A stretch of DNA of 30,565 nt from Ginkgo biloba (taxonomy: Eukaryota; Plantae; Ginkgophyta): contig JANKJI020000002.1 of assembly GCA_024626585.2 (NCBI GenBank), positions 103,207,306 through 103,237,870 on the forward strand, given 5' to 3'. The notes beneath the pieces were generated by a model. It saw nothing but the letters and a program-made list of their open reading frames with translations. It ran no database searches and was not told where the DNA came from. Shown in pieces: positions 23,667-30,565 of the stretch. Within the stretch, counting starts at the first letter, position 1. Every line of letters starts with the position of its first letter. The position numbers and the translations under genes are program-made.

Positions 23667-24818
23667 GCTTAGAAACGATTCTTCTATAATAATCAAACTA
23701 GATATAGGAAAGTATTTTGACAAGGTTACATGGTAATTACTATTTAAATTTCTCCTAAAATATAGTTTTTATCCTCACTTAATGCAATGGTTTAATGGTT
23801 GTGTAACCAAGGTCTCCTTTTAGTTCTTAGTTAATGGCTCCCTAATAGATTTCTTCAATGTTTCCAGGGGTCTAAGATAGGGATATCCCCTGTCTCCAAG
23901 CCACTTTATACTTCTTATCAAATCCTTAAGTAGAGCCTTAAACTTTCCAAAATCCATAAGTCCCATTAAAGACATCCACATTACTCTATGCATCTGAAGA
24001 ATTTTCCACCTCTAGTTTGTGGATGACTTGGTGATTTTGAACAATCTAAACCTGAGAGAAGTAAGAATAATACTTAAGGAGATAAATACCTTCAAAAAAT
24101 TTGTCAGTGACTCAATTAACAACAATAATTCTTAGGTATTTGCAATGAATAGCTCCCTAAGGGACCATAATAAACTTATAATTCTTCTTGGTTTCATTAA
24201 AGGTGTCTTCCCCCTAAAATACCTATGAANNNNNNNNNNNNNNNNNNNNNNNNNNNNNNNNNNNNNNNNNNNNNNNNNNNNNNNNNNNNNNNNNNNNNNN
24301 NNNNNNNNNNNNNNGTTACAGGTGGCTTTCCTTGGTAGGTAGAGTTCATCTTATAAAATTAATTATATCATCAATTCCTATCTTCACTTGCTCTATTTTG
24401 GCTTTGCCAAAATAGATTCTTAATTAGATGGGGAAAAAATCAGAGACTTTCTTTGGAAGGGGCCAAAGAGTGAAAAAAGATTTAATTTATTCAATTGGTC
24501 TAAAGTTGTCTCTCCCCTCTCTAAAGGTGGATTGGGTATTTGAAAACTTTCCTTGGAAAACACTTCCTTAGGGAAAATGATCTATTAGATATTAATCAAG
24601 GAACTGACATCCCTATGGAAATAAGTGTTTCTTTCCAAATATTATTGAAATTAAAATCAAGAGGAAGTCATAATGAAGACTCTCAATTTACTCAAATTAG
24701 GAATTTGGTAGAATGTTGTCAAAGTGTATTCCATAATTGATAATGGTTTGATATGGAAAATAAACAAAAGGGAGAAAGGTGGATTATGGGATGACTCTTG
24801 GAATGGAGAGTAACCCCT
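23667..24818 (+). pseudogene. L1 LINE ORF2 reverse transcriptase and downstream region, degenerate
   Basis: IIIKLDIGKYFDKVTW; FLVNGSLIDFFNVSRGLR*GYPLSPSHF; HL*FVDDL; FPLKYL; IRDFLWKG..KRFNLFNWSKVVSPLSKGGLGI. These are plant L1 ORF2 motifs. Confidence 0.92.
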
Positions 24819-25019
24819 NNNNNNNNNNNNNNNNNNNNNNNNNNNNNNNNNNNNNNNNNNNNNNNNNNNNNNNNNNNNNNNNNNNNNNNNNNNNNNNNNN
24901 NNNNNNNNNNNNNNNNNNAAGTTGAGTATAAAGTATTAATTATACTTTTATGTGATGCCAACAACCAATAAAAAATACATAGTATGGTATATTGTAACAC
25001 TTAACTATTCATGTCATAG

Positions 25020-26480
25020 CTAATGTCATATGGAAAATTCATAAGCCATGATTTCAAACTCTCCACAGATGATCCTACCTCTTATACATTATTTCTAATA
25101 AGTGTCATTTCATCACATCCCTTGTAGAGACAATATAGCATTTGATAAATTAGAAAATATATATTACAATAGCACACATGCCATCTCAAATGACCCAAGG
25201 TTTTTATTTTCTAATTTGATTACATATGATGTATATCCCATTAGTAATTTTTTTCATTTAGGATAGGTTCCACATCCATATGATGAATTGAATAACCCTT
25301 TGTACACATGAGTCTAAAGTTCTCCCATAGCATACATGTAGTAATAACCTCCAAACACGTTTTCTTCTTTCCTCACTATTGATTATGTTAGAGACTACAC
25401 AAATTTTGTTAGACTTAATAGTTATTTTCCACACATCTCACCATTAGTGCATCTAATATCCATAATCATTTATAAATCAGGGGAGATATTAGGCCCATTA
25501 AATTTTATTTTTTCATACAGTAAATATCATGCTTTCATCCATTACTTTTAATCTCCTTGCCAAAATATATCAAAAAATAATCTCTCCCTTGGTCATTATG
25601 AATCCATTTCCTAATGATTTTTCATATAGAGTAGGATCACTCACCTTAATGCATAAATAGTCTTTGTCATATCCAATCCTAGGATTCTTCCTCATCATTA
25701 ATTTTTCCATCAACCACTTAGTCGTCATTGAGTCAATAATTAATAATGCTAGTAATCTAAAACCCAAACTTAGGCCGCTTTTATAGTTAGTTTCAAAATA
25801 ACTCACCACCATGGGCATGGAGAACCATTTCATTTTTAATTATTAATTGTCATCTTTTTTAACTATTTTATATGGGATTTAAAAAAGTATAATTTACACT
25901 AAAACATTAGTCATTTTTTATGGGAAATTTTACGAGATAATTCATTGAAGTTTTTGAAATTTACCTCAACCTCAGTTTGAGATCCTTAATAGTTTGCATT
26001 AGTATTTATAATCCTTTCATGAATACCTTCTAACTTTCCTTTTATTTTTAAAATTATTAGACACCTCTCATATATAGCTAATTTGGCATGTACATTTGCC
26101 TCCTTTGTTCCTTCTTATTCTTGAGAATAGTAGATAATCATTTGGTGTTGTGTTGATATAATAGACTTAAGCTCTCTAATATTTATTTTAGAGTCATCTA
26201 ATTTCTTGTTGATGACTTTGGAGACATTTTCATTAAAATTCTTGACACCTTACAATATCAAGTCTTTAACATCTAGTTGTAACCTTTGGGTCTCCATATC
26301 TATTACTACCAAATTCATTCTTTTATTTTGTATCCCTTATTTCAATTTACATAAAGTTATTTTCAACTTTTTATTATCTTTCACATCAAATTGGACATGT
26401 GTCTTTCTCTTTATTGGTTTGAAATTGACCAATTTATTAATTTAAGATTTAATCAGCTTTGTAATTGGAGGAATTAACTA
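25020..26480 (-). pseudogene. Decayed unknown coding region, probably an accessory 3' ORF of the adjacent Athila-like element
   Basis: Long protein-like frames with sparse stops (e.g. KRKTHVQFDVKDNKKLKITL...VIDMETQRLQLDVKDL...KKLDDSKINIRELKSII, and ORF 25570-25833). Same strand as, and 3' of, the integrase at 26723+. Confidence 0.4.
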
Positions 26481-26722
26481 AAATGGTTTATTGAATAAAA
26501 CATGTGATTATTATATTAATTAATTTCCTATCATAGTGATATCACCATATATTTCAAATCTTCTATCTTATTACTTAATCTATGTAATATTTTCCCTAGT
26601 CATGACATTTTATTGATTTCATNNNNNNNNNNNNNNNNNNNNNNNNNNNNNNNNNNNNNNNNNNNNNNNNNNNNNNNNNNNNNNNNNNNNNNNNNNNNNN
26701 NNNNNNNNNNNNNNNNNNNNNN

Positions 26723-28118
26723 GCATGGTTAGACTCCCCATTCATTGATATGAATCACACGTATTGGCATATCATTTTTAATCTCAAAATAAAGTAGGCC
26801 ACTACTATCTTTCCTAAAGGATTTATTCAGTAATTTGACTTCTTACAAAATTCCCACCATGTGATTTAGTATGATAGGCCTATAAAATATCAAATAACTT
26901 AATTTCTCAAATGTATATTCATAATAGTCCATTAGTATTTAGTCCATATAATGTTTTATTGATCCATGTATATCATATATTATCTTTTTCTTATTATCTT
27001 TATTCTCTTGGAGAGAAGTAACTGAGAATTTTTAATGTATATAGGAAATTATTGATATATATAAACTTAGAGTACTATATTTTCTATAAAAACTAAGTNN
27101 NNNNNNNNNNNNNNNNNNNNNNNNNNNNNNNNNNNNTTCACCTGTACTTTCATTCAATCAAGTTTAATAATCAACCATTATAGTTTGAATGTTGGAATTT
27201 TCTACAATGATAAGGTCAAATTCTTAAGAAAATAAAAAATATATAGTAACCCTAGCATTATTCATAGGTTTGTTGACCTTGTATTTGATGGTTGTATGAT
27301 TGGTATGTACAATATATGGATAACCTAATAGTTAATGATGAAACTTGTTCAAAGAAAGGNNNNNNNNNNNNNNNNNNNNNNNNNNNNNNNNNNNNNNNNN
27401 NNNNNNNNNNNNNNCTCTATTAAGGTCAAGTTCTTACTAAAACAAAATATTTTATATTTTTTCTTTTGGTATTACTACTAGAGTACTACCCCTAGAGCCT
27501 TATTAAAAGAATTAGTATTAAGTTAAAAGGGTTGAGAGAAATTTAGTCTATGAAGCATAAGGGCTTGAACTAACTTTTTATTTTAACATTTCAAAGCTTC
27601 TTAACATCCAGGTGTCCAATTAATTTTAATACCTTTATATAACATATCTAAAAGAGGACTTGAAATTTTACTAAATTATTTTATGAACCTTTTATTTTGT
27701 TATACTTCTTTTATTTTTATATAGGAAATAATGGCTAGTATTTTTATACCTTTTGTAGGGTAACTTTATATCCCTTTCTTAGATAATAAATTTCCTAAGA
27801 TAATTCCCCTTATGACCAATAATTTACTTTTCTTTCTACTAAGGAATAAAAATGTCATCTTGCATCCCTAGAATTTTTATTCTAGTTGGTCCAATGCTTC
27901 CTCAAAAGTATCTCCACAAGTTGAAAGATCATCCTGAATATTCTTATGATTTATTTTTTTAATTCCTCAAATATGCTATTTATATATCATTGGAAGGTGT
28001 TTGGTACATTATATAACCTAAAGGGTGGTACTCAATATGCATAGGTTACCCAAGGATAAGTAAAGGTGGTATTTTATTAATCTTGTTCATGAATTTGGGT
28101 ATGATTATATCTTAAGAA
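26723..28118 (-). pseudogene. pol: Athila-like gypsy pol: RT, RNase H and integrase N-terminus
   Basis: Minus strand motifs in order: YNHTQIHEQD**NTTFTYPWVTYAY*VPPFRLYNVPNTFQ; FSKISSPL; LNKFHH*LLGYPYIVHTNHTTIKYKVNKP..ARVT..EFDLIIV; YTWINK; AYHTKSHGGNF; WPTLF. Confidence 0.88.
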
Positions 28119-28218
28119 NNNNNNNNNNNNNNNNNNNNNNNNNNNNNNNNNNNNNNNNNNNNNNNNNNNNNNNNNNNNNNNNNNNNNNNNNNNNNNNNNN
28201 NNNNNNNNNNNNNNNNNN

Positions 28219-29185
28219 TATCTTGGTAGTTTCTGGTCTTCCTCTAATAAATAAGACTAATGTGGACTCTTTAATTTTAAATTATTAAGAAATCACAAAG
28301 TAATTTTATGTTTACCTTTGCTAGAAAATGACTGACTATTTTTCTTCCTTTCTTCAACTTATTAAGTAAATATAATCCTCTTACATAGAGTGTAATGGAA
28401 AAATTTTGACTTCATGTTGAAGTTGGAAATATNNNNNNNNNNNNNNNNNNNNNNNNNNNNNNNNNNNNNNGGCTCATTAATTTCTATCCAAATAACCAAA
28501 TCTTGGAATTTGTCAAAATAGTCTTTCAGGTCCTATCTTAAATTTTGTTGTAAATGATGCCACTTTAGATACAAATCATCCTCGTAACCAAGAGGATAAA
28601 AATTATTTTGTATTTAATTATATAATTTATCCCATAAATTAATGGATTCCTTCTTCTCTTACAATGATTCCTTATAATAAGACTCCCATAAGAGAAAGGA
28701 TTTCTTATATATCTTCAACCTTGCAAAATTTATTTTCATATTAGTATGATTATGACAATAAAAATATACCTCTAATTCTTATATATAAGACTCAAGAATT
28801 TCAAAATTTATTCTTCCATCAAAAGTTTATATTTCCACCTTAAACGCTATCTTAAATAGGTTTTTTCTAAGAAGTGGTCAAACTTAAGGATTATAATGAG
28901 GCAAAGAGGAGGAAGAAGAATAAAGTAGAGAATAAGAGGGAATGGTAGCAACTAGTTCTACTATTACTAGTGTAGGATTTAATATTTGAATAGATGGATT
29001 GAAGTTGGATGTCTATAGTCAAGTGAATAAATTCACAAGCTCTTTAATCACCTTTCTAGTTTCACTTTACTCTTTCTTCATATATTGAATCATTAGTTGA
29101 ATATATTCCACCTAATGCTCCAACCACCCTCTACATTATTTTCTAATTTAATCAATTAGTACCATTCTTATTCTTCTATTGCATT
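28219..29185 (-). pseudogene. gag: Second CRM/chromovirus-like gypsy gag, degenerate
   Basis: Minus strand FKVEI*TFDGRINFEILESYI*ELEVYF...INFARLK...LWESY; NNFYPLGYEDDLYLKWHHLQQ..DLKDYFDKF; QLQHEVKIF. Same architecture as the gag at 4599. Confidence 0.85.
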
Positions 29186-29219
29186 CCTAACTATGAGTAG
29201 GCTTGTCTAATTGGGTGGA

Positions 29220-29232
29220 GCTTATGATACGC
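29220..29232 (-). promoter_or_regulatory. Possible degenerate tRNA-iMet primer-binding site upstream of the gag
   Basis: Minus strand GCGTATCATAAGC versus consensus TGGTATCAGAGC. It lies about 40 bp before a candidate gag ATG and next to a gap. Confidence 0.25.
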
Positions 29233-30565
29233 NNNNNNNNNNNNNNNNNNNNNNNNNNNNNNNNNNNNNNNNNNNNNNNNNNNNNNNNNNNNNNNNNNNN
29301 NNNNNNNNNNNNNNNNNNNNNNNNNNNNNNNNAATAATATATTTATTATTATAATGGTTATTAAAATAAATAATGCATACCTATTGAATGGGGTAGAAAT
29401 TAATTATATGACCTTATTGCTTATAATCTGAACAAAATATGCCCTCCTTTCTTGATTGTATATCATCTTCTTATTTTTGTTTGACTTACAAAGTTATGAT
29501 ATAATGAGTTAATAAAAAATAAAACCTCTTCTTTAAAATTAGTTAGTGCATTGGTCAATTATGTTTGATCAATTCCTTTAGCATTTTCTTAATTAACAAG
29601 TTCTCTCTTCTAATAGAGAACTAAGGATTTCTCTTTTTCCACTTCCTACAAGTTCCCTCATATAGTATACATTACTTCTAAATTTCTCTTAAAGGACTAT
29701 ATTTAACTCAAAGGATCAGCAAGAGATTTATCCACTTACTTACTTCATGTTATATACCTACAACAAAATCACTTCATAAAGTATTTTATGAGTGTTCGTA
29801 ATTTGTGCATTGTTGGAGTAATGTGTTGAATATCTTAATGTATTCCTATAATGTTTCTTGTTGTTCTTACTGAATTATTAGAATTCTTTCTTGTAGTTCT
29901 TCCTCCTGATTGAAGAGTCAGTATTTATATAGGGAGAGATTCTCTAATTCTTTCAACTTACTAAGAGTATTCTCTATAATACCCTTAATCCAANNNNNNN
30001 NNNNNNNNNNNNNNNNNNNNNNNNNNNNNNNNNNNNNNNNNNNNNNNCTAGTATAATATACTAACACTCATAGAAATGACCATTAGGAATTTAATTAGTA
30101 TTCCCATAAAAGATAAGTAAGTTTCTCGTTCCCTATTTTACCCTATCTTTCTCCTTTCCTTCGTATTTTATTTCAAAAGATCTTATCTTCTATGTGGTTC
30201 CTTTCTTTGAGATTAAAGGTAATTTTTTAGTTTTCTCCTTTATTTTTCCTTCCATCTTGGCTCTACCCTTTATCAGATTCTCATAAATTTTTCCTACTTT
30301 AAGTTGAGCAGGCCTTGTTATTTCCTCTAAGTCATAATATTCATAGCTTCTTATTACTCTCCGATAATAATTCAAAAATAATGAGTTTTCCCTATGAAAG
30401 GAAATATCACCTATCAATCCAAGACTCATAAACCACCCTAAATAAGGTAAGAATATGAATGCAGGTAGAATGAATTATGATTTTTTATAACAATAAAATA
30501 AACAAACAAATGAATAAAACATAATCTTAAAGTTGATATTAAAATTTATACATTTACTTAATAAC

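Noticed and set aside
20765-24818. An intact or active LINE, or a two-RT composite system
   Set aside because: Both RTs carry stops, no endonuclease is visible, and nested insertion explains the arrangement more simply.

Overview
AT-rich (about 30% GC by eye) eukaryotic, almost certainly land-plant, intergenic or heterochromatic DNA from a fragmented assembly. It has many N-runs, at least 13 of them exactly 100 N, i.e. gaps of unknown size. I see no intact host gene, RNA gene or CRISPR array. The window is a graveyard of nested, heavily C->T/G->A-decayed transposable elements, identified by manually translating through stops and frameshifts. It contains (i) CRM/chromovirus-like Ty3/gypsy gag-protease remnants (4450-6555 +; 28219-29185 -), (ii) a chromovirus-like PR-RT-RNase H pol (13850-15436 +), (iii) Athila-like gag/pol pieces (560-892 +; 8538-9655 -; 26723-28118 -), (iv) a probable Tat-like RNase H/integrase piece (16511-17024 -), (v) an L1 LINE (ORF1 20765-21190 +; ORF2 RT 23667-24818 +) with a better-preserved non-L1 LINE RT lying antisense between its parts (21655-22400 -), and (vi) weaker hAT-like and LTR/PBS/PPT remnants. 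The element types resemble those of large gymnosperm or fern genomes (inference). I found no clearly novel functional system. The best leads are an in-frame 16 x 21-bp heptad (coiled-coil-like) array inside a gypsy Pol, decayed unknown reading frames 3' of an Athila-like integrase, and a short host-exon-like segment abutting the truncated LINE.
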